Origin: Schmidtea polychroa
Lineage: Eukaryota
Direction of reading: 5' to 3'
Assembly: GCA_044892525.1 (NCBI GenBank)
Contig: CM097885.1
Coordinates: 242,110,001-242,174,000 of the forward strand
Length of the DNA stretch: 64,000 nt
Positions 39,991 through 52,101 of this stretch are shown piece by piece. The translations under genes were made by a program, and so were the position numbers. The stretch's first letter is position 1. Each line of letters begins with the position of its first letter. Under the pieces are notes generated by a model. It did not search any database, was not told the origin of the DNA, and saw nothing but the letters and a program-made list of their open reading frames with translations.

Positions 39991-40166
39991 AAATTAAAGT
40001 TAGATTTTCAAATTTATTAACAAAAATTTGGAATAATAGTTGGTGATTGAGAATTGAAAATTTTAAATGAAAATTTTTAACGAATATTTTTTTAAGATAA
40101 TTTTTAATAGAAATTTTTATGAAATATTTTTCAATGTTAATTTTAGATGAAATTTTTTATGTATTA

Positions 40167-40408
40167 TATTTCGACCGTTTAACAGTCTTTTTCAGGCTAA
40201 GAATCCTATTAATAACAACTAAATGAAAATATTATTATTCGAACAAATTAACGACTAATAATTGTAAACAAATTGTATCAAACTAAAAGATATTTTAATA
40301 AAATTTTAGAAAACATTTTTTTACCATATAGAAATTATTTTAATTTTAAAAAACGCACAAAATTGTTAACATTCTCATACAAATAAAGACTGTTAAACTG
40401 TCGAAATA
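40167..40408. mobile_element. MITE with ~22-bp TIRs (partial second copy at ~59905-60110)
   Basis: TATTTCGACCGTTTAACAGTCT ... AGACTGTTAAACTGTCGAAATA. Internal ACAACTAAATGAAAAT and AAAAACGCACAA are shared with the 59.9-kb copy. Confidence 0.7.
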
Positions 40409-40671
40409 CATAGCAATGTTATATTTTAATATACTTAGTTGGCGATTTTCTATTATAACTTTACCTTCAATCTTTGATTATTTATTCATAAAATATTTAA
40501 ATTAGGCTTGTCGTAAAAGAAGATTAAATTACGTCGAGGATAACGATAAAAACGAAGCTGTTATCAAAATGAGTCAACATTGATGATCTTAGCTTTCTAT
40601 AAGAGATATCTATCTGTTTCTAAGTACTTATACAAACTGGGCCATGGGACTGAAAGTATATATTGCTAAAC

Positions 40672-42684
40672 CAGTGGCGCAATCAGGGGGTACGCTGGTA
40701 CGCTACCGCGCACCCCTTCGACCAACAAAAAAACAAAAAAAAATCGAAAAAGCTCGATCATAAAGTCTGTTATAAACTGAAGAATTGAGAAGTGGTATGA
40801 TGTAAACCGGCAACCCGAGCGTGTGCTTTGTGCTATGTGGCCTTGAATTTTGGCAGGCACAGACACCTCAGGCGCAGGTCTGAGCAAGACAGCAGGCTCA
40901 GCTGATTGAGATTGAGAGACTGAGCACATGGGCGACAAGCAACCCGCGATCGGAAACGGCACACGGTACCTAGGACCCTAGCAGTCGGCAGTTCGCCATG
41001 TGGATACGCGTTGTTCGTCCGTTTGTATAATAACACATAAGACGCATTAAGGTATAAGGTACATCCACAAACCACATCTACATACACAAACAGCTAATCT
41101 AAATACAGAGTGAGACTGCCACTACTACTAATACTACTACACCACTGCATATATAACAATCAACAATTCATTTTCCTTCATTACGATAAGGATAACATCT
41201 TTACACAAATTGCAAAATAAATTATGAATTAAAAAGTAAGTTATTATCAATTTTCTAGTAAATTCATAATTTATAATATTCTCATTCTTTATTAGTTAAT
41301 TCATTCAACATTCATGCATATAAAGCATTAAGATGAGTAAAAGAAAGCAAACAACTTTATTAAATTTTTTTGCAGAGAAACAATCAAGATCAAGTGAAAG
41401 CGAAAAGATTGCAGAACCAGAACCGGAAAAGGAAAATAATGAATTTATTGCCGTTGCTGATGATCGGATTATGCATGTTGACCACCAGGCTCAGCCTTCT
41501 AATAGTCAAAATTTGGAAAATAGAAATGATAATGATAATGATGTGCACAACGTTTTGTCCAGACATTCGAATTTGAATATTCTCAAAGACGAGGAGAAAA
41601 TTTACTATATAAATAATTTTTGGAAACCACCACCATATTTTTGTTTCCCTGGCACCAAAATACAGAACGAAAATTTTTAGAGGAAATTCAATTACTCTTG
41701 GCTTTTAAATTATCCATGGCTAGTTTATTCCAAATCAATTGACGCGGTCTATTGCAAGTATTGCTGTTTGTTTGCTAAAAACAACCCTGCAAATCGTGCA
41801 ACTCAAGCTCTTGGTCAGTTGGTGAAAGACCCTTTCAAGACTTGGCGCAGGGCAACAAGAACATTTAATAAACACCAAATTACCAATTATCATAAATATT
41901 CAGTTTTGCGTGCATACGATATGCAAACGGTTGTTGATGGAAAGCGGCAATCGGTTATTGACCTCATTGATACTTGCAGGGTCAAACAGGCTAAGGAAAA
42001 TCGTTTAAAGCTAACGCCAATAATTAAAACTCTTTTCTTTTGTGCTAGAAATGGTTTTCCACTTCGGGGACATCGAGATACGGACACCTTTAATATGAAT
42101 ATTGATGAAATTGACAAAAGTACAATACGCCAAGAAGGAAACTTTCGTCAATTAATAAGATTTCGTCTTGAATCAGGCGATCAGGCTCTTAAAGAACATT
42201 TAGAAACCTCTTTAAAAAATGCCAATTATTTGTCTTGGAATATTCAAAATGAAATCATAAATGCCTGCATTCAAATAATACTAAAACGTATTGTCGAAAG
42301 AGCAAATCAAAGTGAATGTTTTTCTGTGCTTGCCGATGAAACCACAGATATGTCGACGCAAGAGCAGTACTAGTCACCATGAGTACAGCACAAATTTAGA
42401 GATATTATTGCAAAAATATAACACCGATTTAAATTGCACAATAAATATGTTAACTGTGGCAAACAAAGTTCAGTTTAAATCCAATACAAAAAAATGCAAG
42501 TGTTTTGCAATACCTCTGCGAATGCAGTGAAGAAATATTTCCCAACATTTTCAAATTGCTTAAAATCTTGGCCACACCTCCCGTGACAACAAGTACGGTT
42601 GAAAGGTCATTTTCAACTTTAAAATATTTAAAGAACTATTTGAGAAGCACCACGGCAGAAGACCGGATAAATGGTTTGGCTTTG

Positions 42685-42720
<36 letters not shown>

Positions 42721-43045
42721 ATCATGCCTATAACGGAAGAAGAAATATTTAATATATTGCAGGAAAAAAAAGAGGAAATTAGATATTGTTCTGTAAGGAT
42801 CGATTTATAAGTAATATTACTCCTTTGTTGTTTTTGCATTTTGCACAAATTTATCGATTTGTTTTGTAAGTTTTTATGCTCTGCTATATAATTTATCAAA
42901 TTTTTATAATAAAACAAATATTAAATATTAAAAAAGCCCTGGCCAGTGTAGCATATGTGGGTCCTTTAGTGCAAGGCCCACACTTGACCCTCCTTGGATC
43001 GATACTGACAGCGTACCCCATTCAAAATTCCTGGTTGCGACACTG
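40672..43045 (+). mobile_element. hAT DNA transposon, internally deleted, both TIRs and TSD intact
   Basis: Ends CAGTGGCGCAATCAGG ... CCTGGTTGCGACACTG with a perfect 8-bp TSD TGCTAAAC. Transposase pieces: WLVYSKSIDAVYCKYC, PLRGHRD, IQNEII, SVLADETTD, and hATC-like VERSFSTLKYLKNYLRST. Confidence 0.95.
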
Positions 43046-43446
43046 TGCTAAACTATATTTAAATTAACACAACACATCAAGGAACACAATACATATTATT
43101 AAGAGATGCAGATATTAGACAATATTTACATCACAGTATGTTATCACGAGTTAATTCCCAAGAATTAAATTAAAATTAAATTAAAATTAAAATATCAATT
43201 GAAATTATTTTTATGTCCTTTGAACATAATTTTTTTGTGCTATTCGTTTTGGCTATTTTCATATCTGCCGTCAATACTTATTGAAAAGATTTCATGCAAT
43301 TATATGATTTTACAATATTAAAATTAAAATTATTTATAAATATAAAAAAATATTTAAATCAAATGATTATTCTGAATCAATTATAATTTTGTTTTGTCGT
43401 GGGTTTGTTTTATCAGTAAGTGAGTGTAAAGTCAATCTAATATTAA

Positions 43447-43662
43447 CCCTGCAGAGCGCGCGCTAAAAAAATTACATGGATGCGCGCGTTGGGTCTCACA
43501 GACCCAATATTGTTTTCTCATGATTTATAGACTTATTGATTGGCAAAATAAAGCAATATTAAATTTTAAAAGATTTATTACTTTATAAACAAGCTTTTAC
43601 ATTCAAAATACATGCAAAAAAGATCGTCTGGGTCTGTGAGACCCAACGCGCCCTCTGGAGGG
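43447..43662. mobile_element. piggyBac-type MITE
   Basis: TTAA|CCCTGCAGAG ... CTCTGGAGGG|TTAA, with internal inverted CGCGTTGGGTCTCACAGACCC motifs. Confidence 0.85.
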
Positions 43663-44927
43663 TTAATACAAAAATGAAGACAAAAATGAATGCAAAAAAA
43701 TTCAAATAATTTGAAAAAATCCTTATCATGATCCTTAGGAATTATATCAGTGTTGCCATTTTCCCTAACGGGGTATTTATTATGGTTATTATTTCCAGCA
43801 GCATTACCAAATGTAATAGCATTATTATTCTTACTATTGTTAGGTTCGATGCAGTACTCGACCTACCACAGATAAGTTTTGACTCTACTGAGATTGATAT
43901 ATGTTTATTAAATAAATAAATAACGATATGGTTTTTGCAAATATTTATTTCAAACTAAATAGATTATAAAACTTAATAAATAATAAAAACAACACTGGCT
44001 GCGCTCAGAGTTCAGATATCGGTTATTCAAAACGTTTCAAACGTTTTTTAATAAAATAAAAAAAAATAATTGAAATATCATTTTTATTTTCAAATTGTAA
44101 ATTAAAAAATTGATTAATTGTCATCTCCAAACAAAAGTGAATCTTGAATATCGTTTGGATTGTCAATGATAGTGTTAGGATATATATTGTTCTACTTCCA
44201 TCTTCTCCGTAAACAATAACATTTTCATTAGAAAAGTATTACTTCAAATAACCTCTATTTTTATTTTCAAAAGGGTAGGACGAAGAGTCAGAGAAAAAGA
44301 AGAAATAAGAAGGGAATACAAATAATTAATCAATTGTCAAAATGATATTTAGTTTGATTTCACTAATTGCGAAAGTTTTTGATAAAGTGTAATTCAAATT
44401 TTCAAATGACTCAATTATTCAAAGACTTAACTAGTGCGTTATCAATAGCACAACCCCGAAGTATCCATGATTGTTAATCTTTAATTTTAATATAATTATC
44501 ATATATTATTATTATTATTATTTTTAATATTATTATTACAATTTTGATCATTATTATAAATATTATCGTTAAAATATAAAATAGAGTACGTGTACAGTAC
44601 GTTTGTATTCTGTAAGCTTAGATTTGTACAATAATTTACCAACAACTCAAATGATGTGCAAAATTTAATTATGGGAATTTCTATTCGATATTTCGAATGC
44701 AACATTTTCTCTGTACATAGTAGGCATTTTAGAGGCTAATTCCCCTTTTCTAAATTTCAATTACGTATTAGGTAATTTAGTTTGTTTAAATTTGTTTTTT
44801 TTTGTTTTGATTTTTTAAATTTACGTTATTGGAGCTGTAGAACATTAAAGACCAGACATATATGTAGAAAAACTTTTCTATTTTCTACAGTAATCGGATA
44901 AAAAACAATTTTTATAGGGTTAGTAAA

Positions 44928-46552
44928 ATGTCTGAAATATGTATAAGTAGAAAACAATTAAAAAGAAAATTTATAAATCTTGTGAAGAAAATTGCAATTT
45001 AAATCGTTTAAGGAATGGCGAAAAAATATCTGTTGCGAAATCGTTAAATTTTAATGAATCTACAATTCGAACTTTAAAGAAAAATGAGAAGAAAATAAGA
45101 AAAACTATTGCAGATAGTTGCCCACCAGGTGCGAAGAGCGCTACTCGTATACGAAACTTTATTATGGTAAAAATAGAACGAGCATTGATGCTGTTATTGG
45201 AAAATTCTATAGCCAAAAAGATACCTGTTGGAGGAGAGGGCACATAAAATCTATGAGCATTTAAAAAGAATTGACGACTCTTCTCCAGAGCAACACAGCC
45301 ACACATTTATTGCAAACGCAAGATGGCAAGATAAACTAAAAAAGGTGTTCCATACACAACATTAAATATCAAGGAGAACAGGCTTCAGCTGATGCCGAGG
45401 CTGCCGAAAAATTTAAAACTAAGCTCCCAGAAATTATCGATAAAGGAGGATATGCCGCAGATCAGATTTTTAATGCAGACGAGACAGCATTGTAATGGAA
45501 GAAACTTCCATCGCGGACCTACATTTCAATAGATGAAAAACGGACATCAGGGTTTAAGCTTCTAAACAACGTATGATTATAGATTTTTTTCTACACATCT
45601 TATTGATAAAACCATGATTATAAATTTTTCTTCAAATCCTTGAGCCTTCAAAAATATTATTATATCTGAGTTGCATGTATTTTGGAGAGCGAATAAAAAA
45701 ACGTGGAAGACTGAAGAATTATTTAAGGTTTGGTTTTATAATTGTTTTATTTCTCAAGCGGAAAGCTTTACGATTGAAAAAAACCTTAGCTTCAAAGTTT
45801 TGTCGATAATTGATAACGCAACTAATAAGGAGCTGAATCAGCCAAATGTAAAAATTCTTTATTTTCCTCCTAACTTCACTTCAAGGAATCACTTTTAAAA
45901 TGTATTACATACGGAAATTATTTGAAGTAATTTTAACAGATAAGAAGATCAAGAAGGTAAAACTCTTCTTGAACTTTGGAAAGAATTTTCAATGTTAGAT
46001 TGCACCCGAATTGTTTCATTAGCTTGTACAGCCAACACTTAATGCATGTTGGAGGCCTTTGTTACCTCAAATGGTTCAAAAGAAAAATGATATTTCAGAT
46101 CCACCATCAAAAATAGTATATATTGCTTCTACTTCTGCCAACTTAGGATTTACAGATATAAAGGTCGAAGATATAGAAGACATATTTCAGGAACAGAGTT
46201 TAAATCAGGAAGAATTGACAAAATTAATTGATGAGTCTACCTCCAATGCATTTGTGGAAGAAGACACTAATAACAAATTAGTTTCAAGCTTAACATATGA
46301 TTTAATAAAAGGACTAGATTTGGCTAAAGAATTAGCGTGCCAATTAACCCAAAATGACCTTTCAACTATACGGAGTGAAAAATTTAAGAGAATTTCAAAA
46401 TTGCTTGGCTCCAATTTTGGAAGAATTACAAAATAAAACTACATTTAAAAATCAGCAAGAAAATTTGCAAAGTGAGGAGGATTTTCAGCCAATTAGAAAA
46501 AAAATGTAAGACAGCTAATATTTGACAGTGACGATGAATAATAAAACATGTA
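44928..46552 (+). mobile_element. Tigger/pogo (CENP-B-like HTH + DDE) transposase pseudogene
   Basis: KIAILNRLRNGEKISVAKSLNFNESTIRTLKKNE (psq/CENP-B HTH); IKYQGEQASAD; QIFNADETAL; W.ANKKTW; IIDNA; YFPPNFTS. Multiple frameshifts and stops. Confidence 0.9.
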
Positions 46553-47341
46553 TCATTTTAATTTACTGTTTAGTTTTTAATTTTATGAATTGTGAATAAA
46601 ATATCTGAATAAATTATATACTCGTTATTAACCCTATTAATCACAACCTGATAATGCATTTTGTTGTATGTATACATAGTACAATTTATTTATTTCTAAG
46701 ATCCCATACAACACATAAATTCATGCATGCATAACAAAACTATATAAAGGACCGTCTAAAAATTTTTATCTCGTCACTCAGGCAATTGATTTTGTTGACA
46801 TAGTGACATGCCCGAGCCTCTTTCGGGGAAATTCTGTTCTGACTTGTAAAGAGTTATTTTTACGAACCGTGCAAGTTCATGGGTTTTAATTAATTGTATA
46901 GGTAAATAGATTCAAATAAAATTAAAAGTGACAATTTTTGGACATCTTTTCGAAAAAAATTAGACTGCTAAGTGGTTAAATAAAAATATATCTTAAAAAT
47001 TTATTTTTGGGGCCCTAAGGCCATGGCTTAATGGGCCTATCTGTAAATCGGGCACTGGCTATCAGGCATATACAACTGACACAGCGATTAACGTGTTAAT
47101 AAAATAATTTCAAAGATGACTGAAAATTTAAATTAAAATTTGTATAAGATTTATGTTATGATTTTGTTATAATGGCTGTGGAACGCTGTTCTGGAACCGT
47201 TTGAGTTCTGCTTAGATATTAACTGTTGAAAGGAATTGAAGGGAATTTTATTTCATAATTTATTGTTAATGGTTTTTTAACTGATATATTAACGATAATT
47301 ATTATATTAGAATCAAAAGTTGTCCACAGCTCAAACATTCG

Positions 47342-48724
47342 ATGAATTTCAAAATACCAGAAACAGTAATTAGACGGGCCAATCTGTACATCATATTTAT
47401 TAGTAAATCCTATCTCCAACCAATTTTCAGCACCCACAGAGTCAAGGAAATTTATTTTACACTTATTTTTTTATATAGCTTCGTCTCAGTTGTTGGATTT
47501 ATATTCAATTTGACAGTAATTGTGGCACTATTAAAGCACAAAACGTTGATCAACATTACAAATATTTACATTCTCTGTTTAGCATTGTCAGATATTGTCC
47601 TATGCAGTTTTAATGTCCCCATGCAGACTTATTATGAAATATCGGAATTGGCAAACCTGCAAACCAACCAATGCAGGTTACTTTTCACCTCTTTTGGAAT
47701 ACCAATGTATGTTTCTTCTTTAATTATTCTTTTGATTGCCATTGACCGGCATCAGATGATTGTCCATCCACTAAACAAACGAATAACTCCATTAAAAGCC
47801 GTATTTTTGGTTTTATTTGTTTTAATTTTTAGCATTTTCAGTAGCATACCTGTAGCAATGTATACAATTTCAGATTTTGTAGATCATCTTAAACTGTTTG
47901 TTAATATCTCAAATATTCCTGCATTTCCCAAATACTGTACAGAATCCTGGCCGGATAATAATTTAAGATTGACGTATTCGATTCTAACATTTTTCATTCT
48001 TTTTCTTTGTCCTTTATTAATTACATCAGGTCTATATGTACATATATATAATTCCCTCAATACTAAACGTATTTACAGGAAAAATGAAACAAGCAGAAAG
48101 AAACGAACCAACAAAGTTCTCTCATTAGTTGTAGTGATGTTCGGAGTATGCTGGTCACCTTGGTGCATATATTCTTTATTATTAGAGATTTACAGTTATT
48201 TTTATCCGATTTTAAAAACGGAAAATACTTTGTTAAAGATTCTTTGTCAAAAGATTTTGGATTCTAGTTCTTTGAGTCAAATATCTGTAAATCTCTCTTT
48301 TTCGGTTACAAATCACAGTCATACAATAGATTCAGCTGTTGAAAAAAATCAAACAAATTTAATGGATGGCCGAGCAACGAAAGCTGTGGACATGGTTTTG
48401 AAGTTGATAGCAATGGGATCAGCGGTAGTGAATCCGTTTCTTTACGGTTGGTTGAATGAATCCATACGGATGTCAATGATGAGACTAATTCATCCGCGTT
48501 TTTTAAGAATATTTTGGAAAGAAAGTGAAAGTTGTAGCTTAAATCCAAGTCGAGTAAACAGTGAGAATAGAACTTTCGGATTAACTATAATTCACAGAAA
48601 AACCCGACGAAAATATAGAAATCCAGAGAAAAGTAATTTATTATCGCCTGACCACAAATTTTCATCGGAATCTTCTCCTGTTTTCATTTCAGGCTCTCCA
48701 GGGAACACATCTGACAAACCTTGA
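47342..48724 (+). CDS. Class A (rhodopsin-like) neuropeptide GPCR, NPY/NPF/PrRP-receptor-like, single exon
   Basis: Seven hydrophobic segments: TM1 FNL, TM2 LALSD..C..NVP, TM3 AIDRH, ECL2 CTESWP, TM6 CWSP, TM7 AMGSAVVNPFLYGWLNE (typical of NPY/NPF-type receptors). True start codon uncertain. Confidence 0.93.
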   Translation: MNFKIPETVIRRANLYIIFISKSYLQPIFSTHRVKEIYFTLIFLYSFVSVVGFIFNLTVIVALLKHKTLINITNIYILCLALSDIVLCSFNVPMQTYYEISELANLQTNQCRLLFTSFGIPMYVSSLIILLIAIDRHQMIVHPLNKRITPLKAVFLVLFVLIFSIFSSIPVAMYTISDFVDHLKLFVNISNIPAFPKYCTESWPDNNLRLTYSILTFFILFLCPLLITSGLYVHIYNSLNTKRIYRKNETSRKKRTNKVLSLVVVMFGVCWSPWCIYSLLLEIYSYFYPILKTENTLLKILCQKILDSSSLSQISVNLSFSVTNHSHTIDSAVEKNQTNLMDGRATKAVDMVLKLIAMGSAVVNPFLYGWLNESIRMSMMRLIHPRFLRIFWKESESCSLNPSRVNSENRTFGLTIIHRKTRRKYRNPEKSNLLSPDHKFSSESSPVFISGSPGNTSDKP

Positions 48725-49149
48725 TTTTTGAATTTCAAAAAATTATTAACTTTTATATTTATTGAAATTTTCAAGCGTAAATATATCATTCAGTTATTTT
48801 AAAAATTGTACGGATATGAAAATATATTGTTGTTTAGAGTCTATTAATAATTAAATGTGTTAGGTTTAGTTAAAATAGTTGACCGCTGTCACAAAAGACA
48901 TTATTATTATTTTTCAGCAACAGAAAATAATTTTAACAATGGAAGAAAATGTCATCATTTTCAAAGTTTAGTAAGTCATATTTTTGCNNNNNNNNNNNNN
49001 NNNNNNNNNNNNNNNNNNNNNNNNNNNNNNNNNNNNNNNNNNNNNNNNNNNNNNNNNNNNNNNNNNNNNNNNNNNNNNNNNNNNNNNNNNNNNNNNNNNN
49101 NNNNNNNNNNNNNNNNNNNNNNNNNNNNNNNNNNNNNNNNNNNNNNNNN

Positions 49150-49325
49150 ATCGCATTTATTATTTAAGACAATAAAATGATAATTTAAGCCTTTTGCTGC
49201 AAATAATGTATTTAATGAAAAAACTTTCGACTATAAGATAGTCCTTGATAGAGATTGACAAGGACTATCTTATAGTCGAAAGTTTTTTCATTAAATACAT
49301 TATTTGCAGCAAAAGGCTTAAATTA
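49150..49325. repeat. Fold-back (palindromic) repeat, gap-bounded
   Basis: TAAGCCTTTTGCTGC...GATAGTCCTTG, a short central spacer, then CAAGGACTATC...GCAGCAAAAGGCTTA: arms are reverse complements. Confidence 0.9.
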
Positions 49326-49669
49326 NNNNNNNNNNNNNNNNNNNNNNNNNNNNNNNNNNNNNNNNNNNNNNNNNNNNNNNNNNNNNNNNNNNNNNNNNNN
49401 NNNNNNNNNNNNNNNNNNNNNNNNNNNNNNNNNNNNNNNNNNNNNNNNNNNNNNNNNNNNNNNNNNNNNNNNNNNNNNNNNNNNNNNNNNNNNNNNNNNN
49501 NNNNNNATAAATAGAAACCATAAAATAAAACCAATTTAATAGATTTTAATTTGTGAGTTTTTTCTAAAAATAATAATTAATGAATAAGTAAGAATTACAA
49601 CATACAATTTCACATTAATACAAAATACAATAATAATGGTTTAATAGAAGTTATTTAAAATATCTCATA

Positions 49670-51085
49670 TCCCCTATTGTTTAAATGCCTTCAGTCAATC
49701 GATGTTTTTAATTAATATACTTCTATTTTTCATTTTTATTTTACAGCGTCGGTCACGAAACTTCAAAATATGCTCTTGGAGTTCAAAATATCTATTATCA
49801 CTTTTATTGTGAACATTTATTTTAACTAAAACAAAAAATCTCAATTTGAAATTCATGATTTGTGTTTTGATCAAAAACCATTTGCGAGAAAATATTTTTT
49901 TAAACACCATTTTTTAGCTGGCGTCATCTTAATAGATTTTTTTGAAAGTTGAATTCCTCATAAACTGTATTTTAGGAAAAACATCAACATGCGATTTATG
50001 TATTTTATCCTATAGTCTTATTTATGTTGCATCTCTAATCAATCGGAATTGTCTCTCGATTAATTTGCCTAATGATGATGTGGCCTTGATTAATATATTT
50101 CAATAAAGGCTTCACTGACTCATATTAGAATGACTTGCTCCTATCACAATTAATTATCCTTGGCGCTCTAAATTTCATTACCAACTCTTCCTTAAATATT
50201 CGTAATACTGTCCGTTCATCTTGTTTTTAACTGCATTCAATGACATATTTAATATGATGATCCATAATACCAAAAATATATCGTTCACCTTTCATTTCTA
50301 TTAAAAATTATCTTAAACATATTATTACTTCTTTAATTCTAGTTGTATAAACTTTTCTCTTCTGACAGTTTCAACAAACTTGAACATTATTAAAAACCGA
50401 TTGCTTCAAATGAAAAGTTCTTAACGTTCTTAACACCAGCATGGCAGAGTTTTTGTAATATGCTATTATGAACTTAAATTTATTTTCATTGTAATTTCAT
50501 TTATACATTTAAAAATGTTTATTGATAATCTATTTTAATCTATTAATTTCTCCAGAATTCTTTTGTTTTGTTTTGAATATTTTCAGTCATTAATGTAACA
50601 ATCTTGCTTTTAGTATAAAGTGATAATTTCTTAGTAGCAGAATTAATTAAATTTAAAAACAATTGAATGATAATTTAAGCCTTTTGCTGCGAATAATATA
50701 TTTAAAACAAATGAAAAAACTTTCGATTATAAGGTCTATAAATGGCTAACTATTGTCAAAAATTTTTCATTTGTATTTAATACATTATTCGCAGCAAAAC
50801 GCTTAAATTATCATTCAATGGTTTTTAAATCTTGTTTTTAATTTACCTAATTTAGCTTTTCATAACCAATTGACATTCACACAAGTTTCACATTTCTTTC
50901 TTGATAAAGCCTTGCAGTTTCTATGATTATTACTTTTTCTGTACTGTATGTTAATATTTAAACTACTTATATGATTAATTCATGTTTGAAATTGAGGTGT
51001 AATGGCTTTTTTGTTTTTATATTAAATGGAATAGCTTTGTGGTCCGTTCTCACTATACACTTTTTACCATATAAATAAGTTATTT
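49670..51085 (-). mobile_element. Degraded Ty3/gypsy relic (RNase H and integrase) related to the 1-2810 element
   Basis: YLYGKKCIVRTDHKAI (~51050); LCHAG; IFGIMDHHIKYV; IINCDRSKSF; IERQFRLIRDA; C-terminal FVLVKINVHNKSDNRY followed by purine tract AATAGGGGGA. Confidence 0.8.
50655..50835. mobile_element. Complete fold-back MITE-like copy inserted in the gypsy relic
   Basis: TTGAATGATAATTTAAGCCTTTTGCTGCGAATAAT ... ATTATTCGCAGCAAAACGCTTAAATTATCATTCAA; long imperfect arms. Confidence 0.8.
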
Positions 51086-51565
51086 AAAACATCTCACCCT
51101 TTGTCCTCGTATTTAGAAATGTATATGCTTGTGCTTAATGTATGTGCTTGACAAAGCATTCTCTTAAAACTGAGATGAAAACCTGTACTATTTTATTTGA
51201 TAGGACCTACTGTACTTAAAAACGAATATTTTCACAATATTTGACATTTTACAAAGTATATCGTTAATATTAACTTTTATTTTTCATAAAAATATTATAT
51301 TTATTACGAAATTTTGTTTCCAAATGGCGAATACTTGAAAACGCAATGTTAAATTAATTTTCTCCACTATTTACATTGGAGTAAAAAACCTCATTATATT
51401 TACATCATTATTTACATTGCTTACAACTTCCTTGTCTATAAATCCAGTGAAAATTTCATTGAGGAAACTCATAGAAAATTTATTTGTCAACTGAATAAAC
51501 CGATAAAATTATAACTACATGAACAAAAATTATTAAAGAATTTAAGTTTCTAAAATCATTAAATT

Positions 51566-51870
51566 CATCGCCGTGCTGTAATATTTGTGAGGCCTGTGCA
51601 GACACAAAAATTTTTTATAATTTTATTACATTCATTTTTATTGATTTTAATTAAAAAAGAATACAAAGAAATTATAAAGAACATTTTCTAAGCTCCTTTA
51701 CTGTCAAATTCATTAATTATGTCATTGTAATCAATTGTTCAGGCTGTTCCATTTTCAATCGACAGTATTGCTAATTTAGAAAGTCTTTCTTGTAACATTT
51801 TAGACCGTAGATAATTTTAGTTTTGAAAACGATCGTTCATAATGAGCAACAGTATCTTGATATACGATAC
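51566..51870 (-). pseudogene. hAT transposase dimerisation-domain 3' remnant
   Basis: ERSFSKLKL..RSKMLQERLSKLAILSIE..IDYNDIINEF. Confidence 0.75.
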
Positions 51871-51999
51871 TACAATTCTTCCATATTTCTTTCTAAAATG
51901 AATTCTAAATTCTCTAAATCCAGGCTATTCAGCTGGATATGTTTTAAACACTAAATGTTTGTGGAATAAATCAAATCTAATTATATTGAACATCAAGTT

Positions 52000-52101
52000 T
52001 TTATTTACATCAATTATCATTTGCTTTACTCCAAGTTTATAAGCCAACAAAGCATGTTCTTGAGTTTGACCATCTTTTAAAATCCCAGCTTCAAATTCTC
52101 C
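52000..52101 (-). pseudogene. eef1a: Elongation factor 1-alpha fragment
   Basis: [34 protein letters not shown] versus canonical [29 protein letters not shown].VNK. No further EF1A sequence recognised nearby. Confidence 0.85.

Noticed and set aside
46995-47058. hAT-like right end (..AAATCGGGCACTG); similar orphan end near 16930-16990
   Set aside because: No partner end or TSD was found, so no element can be delimited.
49651-51096. 18-bp near-repeat GTTATTTAAAA(T/C)ATCTCA suggesting paired LTRs
   Set aside because: The 51-kb copy runs straight into RNase H coding sequence, so it is not an LTR start. It is likely a chance AT-rich match.
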